DNA of 64,000 bases from a virus (IMGVR_UViG_3300028805_000096:13337-77336); one strand, 5' to 3'. Shown: positions 33,009-47,758, counted from the first letter of the stretch. Notes: generated from the sequence alone by a model not told the origin. Made by a program: numbers and translations.

Positions 33009-33992
33009 TTATTGTGTTATTATATAAAGCACATTTGCTTCAGTAGCTGACGCTTCACTTGAAGTAGCAACGATTCTTCCGTCTACGTATGTTTTTGTGG
33101 TTAGCTGTGTTCAAGATGTTGGAGTTAAAGTTGAAGTAGGGAGATTTGTGTTGAATGTATTTGTTCATGTGAATGCGTTTGTTCCAGCTTTTGTTGCATA
33201 TCCGCTCAAATCTAGAGTTGCTCATAATGGATCTCGCTCTGTTCCGTTCCATACATAGTTTTGTCAATCTCTATCTGTTACATTCCATACATCTCATGTT
33301 TTTTGGTCTGTTAATGCCTGGAGTTGAGCTCGTGTACAGCTACCTTTTACTCTATATACAGAACCGAGAGCTTGGATCGCATCGTATACAGCATTACTTG
33401 TTACTGCGTTTGTTGAGTTCTCTGTTACTGTGCTGTCTATTTTTACCATTCAGTATGTTGAAGCTCATGCTGATGGGAATGTGATAGTACTTGCGGAAGC
33501 TTGGTTTGTAGTGAATGTTCCAATTGTTGTAGTTGTATCTGGAGATTTCAATGTAACTGTAGTGTTTTTTATAGCTCAGTCAACATATGTTTTTGTTGTT
33601 AAATCTGCCGCATTTGTAGGAGTTTTTGTTGATGTAGGGAGAGATGTATTGAATGTGTTAGTTCCTGTAAATGCGTTCGTTCATGTTGTTGTGGCGATGT
33701 TATTCAATGCTACTGCTCATGTCTGTGGAGTTCATTCATTCAGAGACACACTTGATACTCATGTATCTAGTGAGTTTATTGCGTCGTATACACCTCATGA
33801 TGTTATGAGGTTTGTACTGTCTTCGGTTGGAGTTGTGTCTGTAGGAAGATCTAGTGTAGAGTCGCTAGTTTGGTTTGCAGTAAAAGTTACTGTGTCTATT
33901 ACCGTATTTCCATTTTTACGGTTGATAGTAAGTTGTCCGTCTGGTAATGTTAAATCTACACCACCAAATTTGAATTTTTTGATTACAGTCAT
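33009..33992 (-). CDS. Tail fibre protein (327 aa)
   Basis: TNAFTGTNTF repeats, YRVKGS...WNGTE[CGA=W]DPLG, LTTKTYVD. Confidence 0.8.
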
Positions 33993-33995
33993 TTT

Positions 33996-34595
33996 TTAGT
34001 CTGTTATAATATAAAGTACTGTATTGTCTGTTGCAGACGATTCGTCGTCTGTACTTACTGTCCTTGTATCCACATATCATTTTGTGACAAGGTCTTTTAT
34101 ATCTGTTGGTATTGCACTACTTTGTGGTAGTGTGGAGAATGTTTTTAGTCATGATATAGTTTGTGCTGATGTTAGGTCTAGATATGAAGATGTCATTCAT
34201 TCGTATTCCAATTGGATTGATGACGTTGCGACAAACTGAAGGATATTCATTTTGTTTGTTTGCATTGTTACATCTAGTCCGTTTGGATTAGAGATGTTAT
34301 TTCATAGTGTCACCGTATATGCTGAGTTTCATTGATTCACTCTCAATATGTATATTTGTCATTCTTTGAGTCATGTTCATGCTGATATTGTGAAGTTTGA
34401 TGTAGGGGTTGTATATGTTCTTAGGTTCTCTATCGTAACATCTCATTGTTTTAGTACCCGTCTGAAATCTGCATACTGCATATCTCACACAAGGTTGTCC
34501 CATTTGAACTCATCGTCGTTGTTATATCTAGGTCAATTTCACAGCTGTGGACTATTCACTGAATTTATTCTCACAGGCTTGATTCTTGTTGACAT
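33996..34595 (-). CDS. Tail fibre-associated protein (199 aa)
   Basis: ORF with TGA=G, QTISGLKTF and LVTKGYVD motifs. Shares the LYIIT* C-terminus with neighbouring genes. Confidence 0.7.
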
Positions 34596-34597
34596 TA

Positions 34598-34906
34598 TTA
34601 TTGCGTTATGAGATATAAAGTATTTGAGTCTGTTGCTATACTCTCATTTGCTGTGGGAGTTATTTTTGGAACTGTATCGATATCTGCTTTATTCGCTAGG
34701 TTTGCAGATAGCGAATTTATGCTTTGTGCTATGGCTTTATTTTGTACGGGGTTGGTAGATTCTTCACTAAGGCTTGGATCTATCACAAGTCACGCTCATC
34801 ATCATTCTCAGTATCAGAACGTTGTTTCGTCTTCATATGTTACAAATTGTCATGTGATTGGATCTATATTTGCCTTTAGTCTACTTGGCTTTAGTTTTGT
34901 AACCAT
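34598..34906 (-). CDS. Short fibre-associated protein
   Basis: IDPSLSEESTNPVQNKAI motif, 102 aa. Confidence 0.7.
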
Positions 34907-34930
34907 GTTTTATTCAGTTAAGTAGTAAAA

Positions 34931-37012
34931 TTAGTTTGAACTTACTACTCGGATTATTGCATATTCTGTTGCTCATAGGTTAGAGAATGTTACTACTCCG
35001 TTTGCACATGTGTAGTCTGTTGTTGGGAATAATGCAGTTCCAGAATCTGTGAACACCATTATTGAGCTATCACTAACTGGAGTATGTTGTAGAGTGTAAG
35101 TTGTTGCACCTGCAGAAGTTGTTTCTGTATAGAATCCAAGGTTTACTGCTATGTTTATGTTTCCGTTTCCGAGTATTGATTGGTTGTTTATTGTTTTGAT
35201 ATTTTGTCCACTTATCAATGTTTCCTGCTTTGTATTTAATGCATCCAATACAACGTGAGATGATGGATATTTTGTTGTGCTATCCGTGATTGTAGCTGTA
35301 TCTTTATTTGTGATATTTTCTGGTGTATATCATAAGCTATCTTGTTTTGCGTCTAATAGAGTTTTTACTACTGCACTTGATGGATAGTGAGTTGCGTCGT
35401 TTACTAGAGTTACAGTATCTTTATTTGCTTGGTTCTCTGGAGTATATCAGATTGCGTCCTGTTTATTTGTCCATGTTTGGATCTGTCCTGCTGTTACGAA
35501 CTTGTTTGTAGTAGCTGTATCATCTATATCGTCTGCGTCTAATACTACAGCTCATGTTTGTCCGTTTACTGATATTACTTCTCCACTAGATAACAATACC
35601 TGCCAATCTGCTAGTGTAGATGGATTGTTGTTATTTAGTTTTACGAAAGTTTTTGAGATATCTGTCCTGATTGCTCTATCTCATGTTTCTGCAGTCAATG
35701 CAAGCATTGCAGCTTCACTATCTACTACGAATGTCTGTCCTATAGCTAGTGGAGGTAGTACAGAATCATCTAGTTTTCCTGATGCATTTAATGCTGCTAC
35801 TCCATTTGCTACGTTCTTTTCATTTTGAAGTATGAACTGTGTTGCTGTCCCATTTGGTCATAGGATGAATTGGTCGTTTACAGTTAAGTCTTGATCTATT
35901 GTTGCACTTCCTCCGATACGAGCTGATCCATCTATGTTAGCGTCCTGGTCGATATCTACAGATTTTTTGAAGTTAGCTGCTTCATCTACTGTGAGAGTTC
36001 CTCAAAGTCTAGTGTTTCATGTTGCTTCTAGCGTTCAGTTGAATGTTCAGTTATTTCAGCTGATATCTGCTCCACTTATATTTCCTGTAGCTGCTATAGT
36101 TCAATTCACTGAGGTATTTCCTGCTGTTAGTGTTCATTGGATTTCAGCATTTCATTCTATAGTTGCATTTCATCCGATATTTGCATCTCATTCTGATGTA
36201 ATACTATCTACTGTTGTTGCACCTGCAGTTAGAGTTCATGTGATTTCTTCGTTTCAAGCTATTGTTTGATTTCATCCGATAGTTGAATTTCAGGATATGT
36301 TTTGACTATCTGCTGTGATATCTGTTGCAGTTAATGCTGCTAGTGTAGAAGCTCAAGCTACTTCGAAATCTCATGCTATTTGTGCATCTCATTCTATATT
36401 TAAAGCTTCTCTTACAGTTAAGTTTCCTGTGATTGTTACGTCTCACAAGTACCAAGCTAATGCAGAGAAGTCTCCAGTTATTTCTGTTCCGTTAGACAAT
36501 ACGAATGTGTAGAGTCAGTCGAATGGATCTGATTCTGGGTTTGTTTCTCTGATTGATTCTAGTCTTACGTCAGAATATTGAGGAATTGCAAGTCCTTGGT
36601 TTACTACGAATCTTACTTCGATGTAAGCGTCATTAATGTCTTGTACCATAAATTGTCCTACTGAAGCACTTTCAGTTGATAGGTCGATTTTCTGGTCTGC
36701 TGTCATTGTATAGAAGAATCCTACCTTTGGTGTTCCCTCTCATGAAACTTCCATTTTGTATGTATTGTCCCATGCTATTGGTGTGTAGTTTACTCTATCC
36801 AATTCTTTTGTTTCGTTTGTCTCTGAGAAGACTTTTTTGTCATCACAGATTCCCCAGATAAGAGATTCTGGTGTAGCCAGGTCTACGTACATTTGTCCTC
36901 CTGCTCATTGTACTAGAGTGAGGATGTCTCCTGGTTTACATACTAATCAGTTCTTTGCTACGTTAGAGTATGAGAAGCTGACCGTGTTGATTCTTGCTGT
37001 TTTTACTGCCAT
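34931..37012 (-). CDS. Long fibre protein with beta-helix-like repeats (693 aa)
   Basis: G-N-x-T-I repeats, NGVAALNASGKL, VISVNGQTGAVVL, LISGQNIKTINNQSILGNGNI. Confidence 0.8.
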
Positions 37013-37096
37013 CTTAATATTAGTAAAGGTGTAAAATTATTTTACTGCCTTGAGATTATATGGAATTTTGCATTTTTCAAGTGCTAAAGTATAAAT

Positions 37097-37125
37097 AAAA
37101 AGAGTGCCTACACTTGTGGCACTCA
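37097..37125 (-). terminator. Intrinsic terminator overlapping the portal 3' end
   Basis: GAGTGCC-ACAAGTGTA-GGCACTC-TTTTT on the - strand. Confidence 0.7.
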
Positions 37126-39006
37126 TTCTAAAGGTTTTGCTGGAGTCAGCTGTTGCATTCCTGCTTGTTGCATTGCGGATTGTCATCCCATCATTTGAGA
37201 TACTGCGTCTCCTCATTCATTCATTCCTGCAAGTTGCATGATGTTTTCTTTCATCTCTGCTATTTGCTGTCTCTTCTTGTCTTTCTTTGACTCTGGGAAT
37301 GTGTTGAAGTTGTAATCCCAATACAAGTCCATCAGCTTTCCTATGTTCTTTATTTCCTCTGGTGTAGCGAGTTGTGGGTTTAATTGCCACAATGCTACTT
37401 TGTTTTGTACGTATTGTGTGAGGTTGTTTTTGTCTACCATTTTCCATACTCCGTTGTTTGATACGGTCTGTACTATTACTCTGAATCTTTGTTTGATCAT
37501 GTCTTTCTTGAATTCAAAGTATCCGTAATCTCCCATATCTTCTTCCTCTATTTCTATCTTTACTCCTTTTTGCTTTATCTTCCTGTCTGGTACGACTATC
37601 TTTGGTGTCTCTACTCTTGTCTCTACCAGTTTTCCGTCAGAGTATGTTTTCTTTGTTATGTTTATCAGCTTGTATCAGAACTGCACGATGTTATCCATTG
37701 CTGCGTTCAGACATGCTGTTAATAGATTATTCTTTCCGTCTTCCAACGATCCAAGTCTTGTGTTCCTATTGTTTTCTATTATCTCCACAGTTCCTAGCTG
37801 TGCAGCACTTGGTTCGTATGTGCTTCTTAGGTTCTCTCCTGTATCCATTGTTATCTGGTTGTCAATGAATTGGAGTACTGCCTGGTAGTTTCCAACGTTG
37901 CTTGCTACCTGTGTGAGTTGCATGTCGTTTACTCCACCAGTCATTGATATTTTATTGATCCTGTTAGTTCTGATATTTTGTGTTCCGTCTACGTCACTTC
38001 TGTTTCAGATTAGGAGTAGAGGACTTCCTGACATTCTACTATTATCTAACAAGTTTTGAACAATCTCTTCTTTATATACTACCATTGGTTGTATCTTCTC
38101 AGGAATTCAGATTCCGTATAGGCATGTTTCATCTGGGAAGTATTGAGCCATAGCAATTGGGAGCTGTCAGCTTATGCTTATCATCTTTCCTCTGTATATT
38201 ATCGTATTGTAGTTTGCGATGATTGCCATGTCTCCTGTATCTTTGTTGTAGTATCTATGGATTATTATTGGCTTGTTTTCGTCGTTTGTACCATTTTCTA
38301 TTGATTCCAATGGATATGGTTGGTTGAAGTTATCTGTCCTTTGTGTTTTTAATAGGTTCAGATGTTTGAAGTTTGGATTATTTCCCCATCTCTTCATTAC
38401 TTCCTCGTACGTCAGAGTTTCCTGGATTATGCAGTCTGTTGCGTCTGACATTCTGGCGTGGATCGCTTTGTCATCTACCCAGACGTTTCTGATAGGAATC
38501 CATTGAGGTGTGAATATGTTTTGTATCTCTACTACTTCGTCGTACTTTACATCGTATAGTCAGTCTGATTCGTCAGATGGTTTATAACTTCTTGCTGTCT
38601 TTTCCCATATTCCTGTGAAGAAGCAACACGTTCCGTATCTTCTTCTCTCTCCTAGTCCACGTTTCCATTCGTCATGGAATCCTCCAGCGTAGATTTGGTA
38701 GTCTAGCATCATCTTTGCTACTAGGATTTCGTTCTGGTCTGGCTCTCATGTTGGACGCAATGTGTAGTTTAGGTTAGTTCATTCTCTACCTGCTGACATT
38801 TCCATTACGTTGTGTTCCTCCTTTAGAGCCACAAGGTAGTTTCCGTAGGAATCATATTGTGGTTTCTTTAGCATAGTTGCGTCTATGGCGTTCCACTTTA
38901 CGTCGTATGGATTACGAGCAGCTTTCATGAGATTCCATCTTTTTTGGTAGTAGGACAAGAACCTTTCGTTCTCTATCTCTACGTTGATTACTTTTTTTGG
39001 TTTCAT
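37108..39006 (-). CDS. Portal protein (P22-like size, 632 aa)
   Basis: Five track fragments join with TGA=G. Motifs YGTCCFFTG, LPIAMAQYFP...LYGIGIPE; Q-rich C-terminus. Confidence 0.7.
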
Positions 39007-39028
39007 CCTTGATTATGTTGGATATAAA

Positions 39029-39484
39029 TTATGGATTGTATGGATCTGGTTGTTTTGGTTTTTGAGTTTGGGCATCTATTATAGCATTCAGTCAATATAG
39101 TTGTTTGTCTGTAGCTTGTTGATCCGTGATATTGAATCAATTGTATTTTTCCCGTCATCAAGAGTTTTTATTTTCGACTCTTTTTCGCATATATACAGTT
39201 ATTGACGGTTGATAATTTGATGCTCATGTCGTCACTTTTACCGTTCATCATTCCTCTCACTGTGTTATATCTTGTTGAGATAGAGCAGCAGCTCATAGTT
39301 CTTTTTCTGCATCTTTTAGGTTTACATTTTGTGACGTATCATCTACACATACCAAGCACCTCCCCTTTCAGAAAGGTACTCGATATGTTCATTGCCATAT
39401 TCCAGATGGTATCATTTTATCTGTTGTTATGTAGATTGCTCACACTGGGAATGGGCATTCTATACTATATGAATTATAATCCAT
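39029..39484 (-). CDS. Tail/baseplate-wedge-like small protein
   Basis: FPVGAIYITT...GT.[W]..FGKGRCLVCVD...QPSITVYM[CGA=W]KR. Confidence 0.7.
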
Positions 39485-39498
39485 TGTGTTATTTTAGG

Positions 39499-41361
39499 TT
39501 AAATTGATTGAACGATTTTATATGGTTGTGATTTTTGATGTAATGTCTTTCCCATCCATTCTACTCACAAATATGTCGCAAAGTATCATCATAAGTATGT
39601 TCTCACATCTCCTGATGGATCTAATGCTCATTTAAATGTGAATCAATATGGGCTTCATGCGACTCCAGGAGTATCTGTTTGTGGTCTATAATATAGAGAT
39701 ATCATATCTCATTCATATAGGTCTACTTCACAGTCCATTGTTAGGTCTAGCCAAGGTCATTGTACTGTAGCATATGCTCATCCTTGTTTTGCAGTAGCAA
39801 GCCATACTGAATTATAAGATTGATCTGTATTTCTTGATGTTTGTAAATGTATGCTTCATCTTCATAGATTGATGTACATATTCTGTGATGGTTTGTTGTT
39901 TTCTACTATTATGTGTCAGTATACTCTATAATGACCGTCTTTTATAATGTTTATTCATTGTGCTGTTACCATATCATGATTTCATGTACATTTAGTGAAT
40001 GTCGCTTGTGCTGGTACACCATTTAAGTCTGAGTCAAATGATCATGTAACAGTTTGGTCATCTACTCTAAATACCATCGCACTCCAGATATTTCCATCTC
40101 CTGCCATTCAGTCTTTTGATAGTAGTTGCCAGTATGGATTATCCTTTGGTGCGTCATCTCCTGCTGGTACTCATCCTTGCGTGATATAGTATCAGAATAT
40201 TTCATTTCCCCATGGATCAAATTCTCCTGTGCTTGCTCTTACCATAGCGAGTTGAGTATATGGAGTATTTGCGTTCCATTCTCATTCATTATGTGGAGAT
40301 ATTCAGTCGTTTCCTTTTTCTCCAGGAGCTCCAGGAGCACCATCTTTTCCAGGTCTTCATTCTACTGGTACTACTATTGTTCCTCCTGGTTCTCATTGCT
40401 CTCCATCTGCACCATCTACATTGAGGAGCATCCATCCGTCACTCTCTCCTGGGATATCTTGAGAACCTGCAGGTCTTGTTTTATCATTCCATATCCAAGA
40501 ACATCCTACTCCGTCCTGGTCTGGATATCTTACTATGTCTAGGTATTCGTATGTATATGCAGAGCTCCAGTCGTTTCTTGGTCTAGGAGATTTTCCATCT
40601 TCTCCATCTTCTCCTCTTGGGAGTGTTAGGTCGAGTTCTCTCATTGTTGGAGATACTGTTCTGATATTTGCTGCAGGAGTTTGTCCTCCTGTTACTTCTC
40701 CTATTCTAAGGTCTATTGTGTCTCCATCTTCTCCTTTTGGTCCAGGTTTTCCATCTTCTCATGGCTGTCAGTTTGCTCAAGCTGGAATTTGGAACGTTAG
40801 CTCGTAGTTATTTCCTTGTGGATCTACGATTAGGTTTGCTGGTGAACCTACTGGGAGTGTTTGTACTGGTTTGAACGTAAATGTTGGAGTTTCTCCGTCT
40901 TCTCCCTTTGGTCATTGTGGAGATAGTGAAGAATCGAAATAGTATGTGAATTCTCACTTTGTTGGAGTTATAACTTGCTCTAGTCTGAATTGTCCTCATT
41001 TCTCTGCTTTTGTTGCATAGTTGATATGTTGCAATTCTCCGATTATCAAGAACGTTTGACCTACGTCTTCCTGTGTTATTTCTCCGTTTTGTACTTCCAT
41101 TGTGAAAGTCTCCCATCTTCTTTTTGGGAAGTAGATACACATTCTATCGTGTCACTCTGTAGCAGGTTCTTTGACTTGCTCTTTGTTATAGATGTCGTTT
41201 GTTGCGATTCACTCTATAACTGTTGATGGTGTTGCAGGTATTATGTAACCATTCTCGAGAGAGACGAATATTCCGTCTCTCAGTTCGATTCATTCCTTGA
41301 TTGGTTTTTGGATGGCTACTGGGAATAATGTCTGCCTTGTTTTATTCTTTGATGTTCCCAT
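39499..41361 (-). CDS. Collagen-repeat fibre protein (620 aa)
   Basis: G-x-x tracts (GPKGEDG, GKDGAPGAPGEKG), two W...Y...V modules, beta-rich C-terminal domain. Confidence 0.8.
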
Positions 41362-41422
41362 TTATTATGGTTTAGGAATTAAATATTAATTTGTTGTAGT
41401 TTTTTATTTTGTTTTTACAAGA

Positions 41423-44400
41423 TTAGTCTTCTGATGTTCAAGCTCATCCTGCACGATATTCGTCTCCATAGTTGTTTGAGTTAAGTATCTCTCGTTGCCT
41501 GTCTGTTAGTTCCGTACTTCATTCTTCTCTATTTTCTCGTTCTATTTGTCTTTTGAGTAGGTCTTGTAGCACTCTTAGTTCAGACAAATCTTGTGCGTAT
41601 AATTTTTTTCAGTTATCTTGTCGTTTTTTCTTTAGCTCATCTATTCTTTTTTGAATTTGCTCTGTTGTATAGTCTCATAGTCCTGGTTCTTTATTTACTG
41701 TACCATCTTTTGCTACGTCTACTAGTGGAGTTCATCATGTTGGCTTATTTGGTTCTGGTTTCTTTGGAGTAGTTGGTTCTTCTGGTTTATCTCATCCTTT
41801 GTTTTTCTTGGTTCTTGGATTTACTTTATCCATATTCCATAATAGTACATAGTCGTGAGATGTTTCTACTCAGTCATATTTTGTTACATCTCTCATAGTT
41901 TCTATTACTTCTTTGTTTGATTTTCCAGATTCTCATTTTATGAAGCTTGATAGCTCAGCTAGTGGTACATATTGCCACATTTCGTTTGGTTCTATTCAGA
42001 GTTTTTCACTTATCTGTTTGATTTTTTCTTCTGAGATAGTTGTTCCCTCTTTTGCTATCAATAATCCTTTACCGTCTATTGTGTATTGGTGCTTCTTATC
42101 TGTGTATGCATTATCTGATTTTGTACTTACGGATAGTCCTATTCAGTTTGGATCGTCCTTTGTTTTGTCTAGGTCGAATTCTTTTATATTTGAATCACTT
42201 GCGTGGTAGAATTCTTTATATGGAGACAGTGTGTTTGTGAACTCTATTTTTTCTCTATCCGTCATTTCTCATCTTGCGTCCGTTCCTCATTTGTAGAATA
42301 GGCTGTCTTCTATTTCTTTATTTATCTGATTCAACTGCTTTCTTTCTTCCTTGGATAGTTTATCGGTTTTAGTTTCTTTTTCTCATTCTGCGACTTTTTC
42401 GGACGATACTACCTCTGTTTTCTCGTTATTTTTTTGATATTCTGGTTTATATATGTTTTCTTCTACCCACGCCATTTGCGTTTCTGTCAATCCTTTATTT
42501 CATTGGAATGAGTCGTATTCTCATATTTTCTTTCAGTCCTTAAACACAGTCACGAATGGTGCACCTATCTGTGTCTCTGGATCGTATCATTCTACCTCCA
42601 TTGATATTCATTCTAGTTCTTTGCTTCTTTGTTCTTCAGTTATTTGTGGAGTCTCATTCTGGTCTAAGTTTTGTCTTTCTTCTTCTATCTTCTCTGCCTC
42701 CTTTATTTCTTCAGCCTCTACCTCTTTTGGTTTAGCGAATTGTCCTTGTTCTTCGTATGTTAGTTTGTCGAATTCGTCTGATATCTTATCCATCTGTTTT
42801 GTGTATTCTCTCTTATTCTCTCTGTATGGAGTTTCTGACCTCTTTTTGTCTAATCTCTTATATTCGTTTGCTAGTTCAGTTTTTTGAGCTTTGAGTTCTT
42901 CCTTTGCTTGTATCTCTACGTTTGCTTGTTCTATTATTTGGTTTAGCTGAGTTTTCTCTTCTTCGGATAATCTCTTTCTCTTGTTTAATCTTTCCTGTGC
43001 GACTCTTGCTCTTGTTTTAGGACTCTCTAATGTTGCGATTTTGTCTACAGAGCTTGTATAGGTAATGTTCTGTGACGCTTTTTTACCCATATCTGCTCTT
43101 AGCGTATCTGTCTTTGCTTTGTCGGATCTATAGAATCCTTTATATCATTTTGCATACTTTTGAGCTTGCTCTCATTCTTCTGGAGTGATTTGGCTTTCTA
43201 TTCTGTCATATTCTTCAGTAGTTTCCAGAGTATCGAAGTCTCTATTCGTTTCTCTTACCATATCTTCCCTCTGTTTTTCTCGTCTCTTGTCTCATTCACG
43301 TTCCATTTGGTTTCCTTTGTAGATTCATGCTATTTCTTTTTGTGCTTGTTGCTGGTCTGGAGATTGCATGATTTCAGCTTGTGTGTTTTGTCTTCTAGCT
43401 TTTTCTAGTGCTGATTTTGCAGCTTCTATGTCTACGTTTGGATATTTCTTTGGATTAGCGACAACTTCTTCAAGGTCTTTGATATCTGCACCATCATAGT
43501 TTGTTGTTTCTTCTGGAGCTCATTCCTCGATTTCCATGATGAATTCTTCTATTGAAGATGGCTCTTTTTGGATTTCTTTTGCGATGTTTTCATCTGTGAG
43601 TTCTTCTCCTTTTTCTATTACTTTATTTGTTGCATCTTCTTCTATTATGTCTGCAGTTTCGTTTAGACTCTTCTCCAATATGTCTGCCACTTTCTCTGCT
43701 TCTGGAGAATATGTTGTTTCCTCAGTCTTTCAAAGTGATGCGTCGATTATTTGTTGCTCTGCTTGATTATATCCTTGCTGTGTTTTTTCCTTGTCTTTGT
43801 ATGTTTCTTTTACTCATCTATCTTCTGGTAGAGTGAATGTATCTGTAGCTTCTACTCATCCTTGTGTTGATTCTGGGAGTCTTGGAGTTGTATCTCATAC
43901 TCATTGACTTCTTAGATATCTTTCCCACTCGGCTTGTTTTTGTTCTCTGATTTTTGCTGCCTGTCTATCTATCAATATTTGTGTAGCGTCATCTAGCAGT
44001 TTATCTATCTCTGCTTGTGTTTTTCACTCTGCTATTTTTGATAGCTCGTTGTATCTTTCTATTTCTCCTTTCTTGAAGCTAGCTTTTGTGTTTCAGTCTA
44101 CTTTTAGAGCTTCTACGTATTGGTTATATAAATCTCGGTCTAGCTTTGTTTTAACTGCTTTGGATTTTAGTGCGTTTCATAATCTTTCTAAAGTAGTGAA
44201 TCCTAGTGATCCGAGAACGAATCCTCATCGTCATCCTACAGTTGATGCTAGCATTACTCATGCGTATCTTATCCAGTTTCCTAGCCATACACGAGTTTGT
44301 TTATACTGTGTCTTTGCTTTTATTGTACTATTTACAATGTCTGGAGAATATTTTGTAAGCTCTACCAGTTTTTTTATTCCTGGTAGGATATTCTCCATCT

Positions 44401-47400
44401 GGTCTAGTGTTCCTTTCTCATCTCGCTTTAGTATTTGATTCTTTGCGTTATCTTTTAGCATTGAATCTTTTCATAGTAGGTCTGATAGTACTTCAAGGTT
44501 TTCTGAAAGTTCAGCATATCCTTGGTCTATCTTGCGTAGCATTTCAGATGATCCTTGTTGCTCTAGGAATTCGTTCCATCTCTCATATAACGCTTTTTTT
44601 ATTGCTTTAGGGAAATTACCAGAGCTATCCCAATCTCCTTTTGAAGTGAAGTTTGTTCTGATATTGTGTGCGTCTTTTTCTGATATCCATGATTTTTCTG
44701 TGATTATATCTGTCATGGATTCTATATATTTTGCTACAGCTCTTTCATTTGCAGACAATACTCTACCGTCATTTGCTACTACTGCTCTTTTTGGATTTCC
44801 TTTGTCATCTAGTCGTTCTATATATTCAAGTCCGTTTTCTCTTAATAATCTTTGGAATGGTTCACTATATAGGAATTGTCTTGATCTTATATTCTTTTGT
44901 GTAGATAGTGCATCATATAGCTTTCATATAGCTTTCTTCATTTGTTGGATTCTATCCACGTATTTTTGCATTCTTGTGAGTCCGTCTGATAGAACTTCTC
45001 TTTGGATTTCATCATTGGACAATTTATCTTCTAGCCTTGTGTCTTTTACGTTTCATTTCTTATCTGTGATTTCAGATACAAGTCTGTCTACTATTCTAAT
45101 AACAGAATCAGTGAATGGATTATTCTCCACTACTTCTATTTGCTTCTCTGTAAGTCACTCTCTTCTGAATAGCTCATCCCTTGCCTCTCTCTCTTCAATT
45201 TCTTTTCTTGTTTGTTTTTCTAGGTCTGGTTTGAATATATTATCTACTGCTTCTTTTGCGTTATCTTCTATGTCTTTCATTAAGTCCAGTATCTTTGCAA
45301 TAGTCGTCTTTACTTCTTTTGCTCATTCTGTTTCTTTTACTTCGGCTGTTCATTCTACTGTTTCTGGTGCTTCCGTTACGGCTTCTTTTACTCTGACTTC
45401 AGGATCTGGCATTGCCTCAGATTCTATAGTAGTTTCTCTCTGTGGTTCAGCAGTAGTTTTAGTTGGTTCTTGTACACTAATCTCTGTAACATCTCTTACT
45501 GTTTCTGGGATATTTTCCACTACTTCTCACTCTGCTACTCTTAATTTTTGAGAATCTTTGAATAGCTTTGATGCAGTTTCGAATAGAGTATCTAGTATTG
45601 TTTCTCATCCTGTTTCTTCTTTGATCTTTGCGGCTTCTTCCTGGAATGTTTTATGAAAATTATTTAAGGCATCTTGGAATACTGCCTTTGTTATTTGCAT
45701 CTTATATTTAGCTCATTGTAGATCTACATCTACCTTAGATTTTACATCCTTTGCTTTTGATTCTATCTTTCATGTAGTATCTCAGGCCTCTTCTGGAAGC
45801 TTTGGAGTAGTAGTTCTTCTTATTTTTTCTTTTTCTTTAAGAACATCTACCAACTTTGCACCTGCTTTGATTCTATCTGTATAGACTTTTACAGCTCTAC
45901 CTATTGCTGTCTTATATTTGAGATAGTCTACTCATTTTCTACCTAGGATCTTGAGTCATTGTGCTATTTTTATTGCTGATACTGCGGATACAGCTTCTCC
46001 ATATTTTTCTATTGTTTTTTCATTCCATCAGTCAGAAAATCAGATGAGATTTCATAGTCATATTGCTATATCTGCTATTCCACCCATTACGTAGTTGAAT
46101 ACGTTATCTATTTTAGCTCATATATATGGGAGTCCTGTCGCTGTTGTGAAAGCAACTCCTCCTGGAGTTAGAGACATTATTCCAGCGAATACTGTTGATG
46201 GGATATCGAATCAGATTCTTCATAGTTTTTCATAGTCTACGTTAATTTGGTCGAAGAAATTTCTATCACTATCTCGATCGTTTACTGTTCTATCAATGTC
46301 ATAGTCTAGGTCTGATAGTTGATTTCAAAGATTTATCCATGAATCAACCAAAGCTCTAGATATTCATTTTGAAACTTCATCTTGTTTGATTTCATTTCAA
46401 TTTGTGTCATAGTATTTACCGTCTTCTTCATATGCGTTTCAGAACATTAGGGAATATAGTTTGTCTTTTATCCAAGAACTATCTCCTGTGTATGTTTCTT
46501 TTAGCATAGCATTTATTTTGCTATTGAAAGACTCACTAATGTATTTGTTTGCATAGTCTGATAGTAGTCTGTTATATTCTATTGTGTCTCATGATTCTAT
46601 TGTTTTCCTCAATTCTCTTAAGCTATTCATTTGAGTATCGTATGTTTCCTGGATCTTATTCAGTTCATTTGCAGTAAGATTGAAATTAGTGTAGGTATTG
46701 AATGCGTCTTGTAGTTCTTTTATATCTGCCTCTCATTTGTTTGCAGCAAGTACGGATCTTACTAGGTTGTAGTCTGATGCTCATGATATGTTATATCCAA
46801 GCTCGTTAAACTGGTTTGCTGCGTCTTTTATTATCATTGCAGATTGGATGTATTTTGTTATTTCTTCTGGAGTTCTTCATTCAAGCTTCTCTGCTCATCA
46901 AGCGAATGCAGATATTCAATATGCGATAATATCTTCATCCGTTAATGCTTCTAGTAGGGAATCTTGTTTGTTGGCATAGTTATCATTAACTGACAGAGCA
47001 CCATAAAAGTCTGCATATTGGTTTATATCTCTTCTGTTATCTGTCTCTACGTCATATAGACAGTCTTGAATAAATGCATTTATTGTATCATCTGACACGT
47101 CTTGCCATTCTGGATATGTTTCTTTGATTTGTTCCGCAGTCAGAACTCCTCAGTTTTGAGCGTATTCATATGTTATTGAGTTATATGCGTCTCACAATGT
47201 TGATGTAGAGTCGAGTGATCTTACTATTGGCTTTGATACAATAGTATTCCCGTTTGTTAGATATACAGTATCTCATTCGTTATTTGTCCATCATTCGTTC
47301 AGTCATTTATCTATTCCAAGACTCTTTGCCAATACATCTATTGGAGATGTTCATGTTCTAACTCATTCGAATAGTAGGTCTCCTTTGTTTCCCTTTTCTT

Positions 47401-47758
47401 CTACTTGTTTTGATATTTCATAATCTTCGGCTATCATCTTTGACCCTTGCTCGTATGCTGTTCCTATATCTTTTCATGCTATTTTTGATGTCACTCTTTG
47501 TACTCATTGCTTTGCTACGTCCACTATATTTCTTGGACTTTCCACGTATTCTATTTCTTTAAGCTGAGACTTTTGTTCTGGAGTCGTTTCGGATATTGTC
47601 GTAGATGGGTATTTGGGAGCTTGAGATTCTATTATATTAGAAACTCATTTAGGTATTTCTATGTCTGGTGTAGGCGTACCTGTTCATGTTGATAGCTTTT
47701 GAACTGAATTACTTCTTGCTTGCTGCTCTGCTAAGAATTTTTTTCAAGATGTTGCCAT
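41423..47758 (-). CDS. Very large internal virion/ejection protein (2111 aa)
   Basis: Four track fragments (46916, 44471, 44258, 42608) share one frame joined by TGA=G. Possible ART-like domain near the C-terminus. Confidence 0.78.

Noticed and set aside
44532-45551. 339-aa + strand Ser/Phe-rich ORF and many similar + strand ORFs across 30-63 kb
   Set aside because: Antisense shadows of the - strand late genes.
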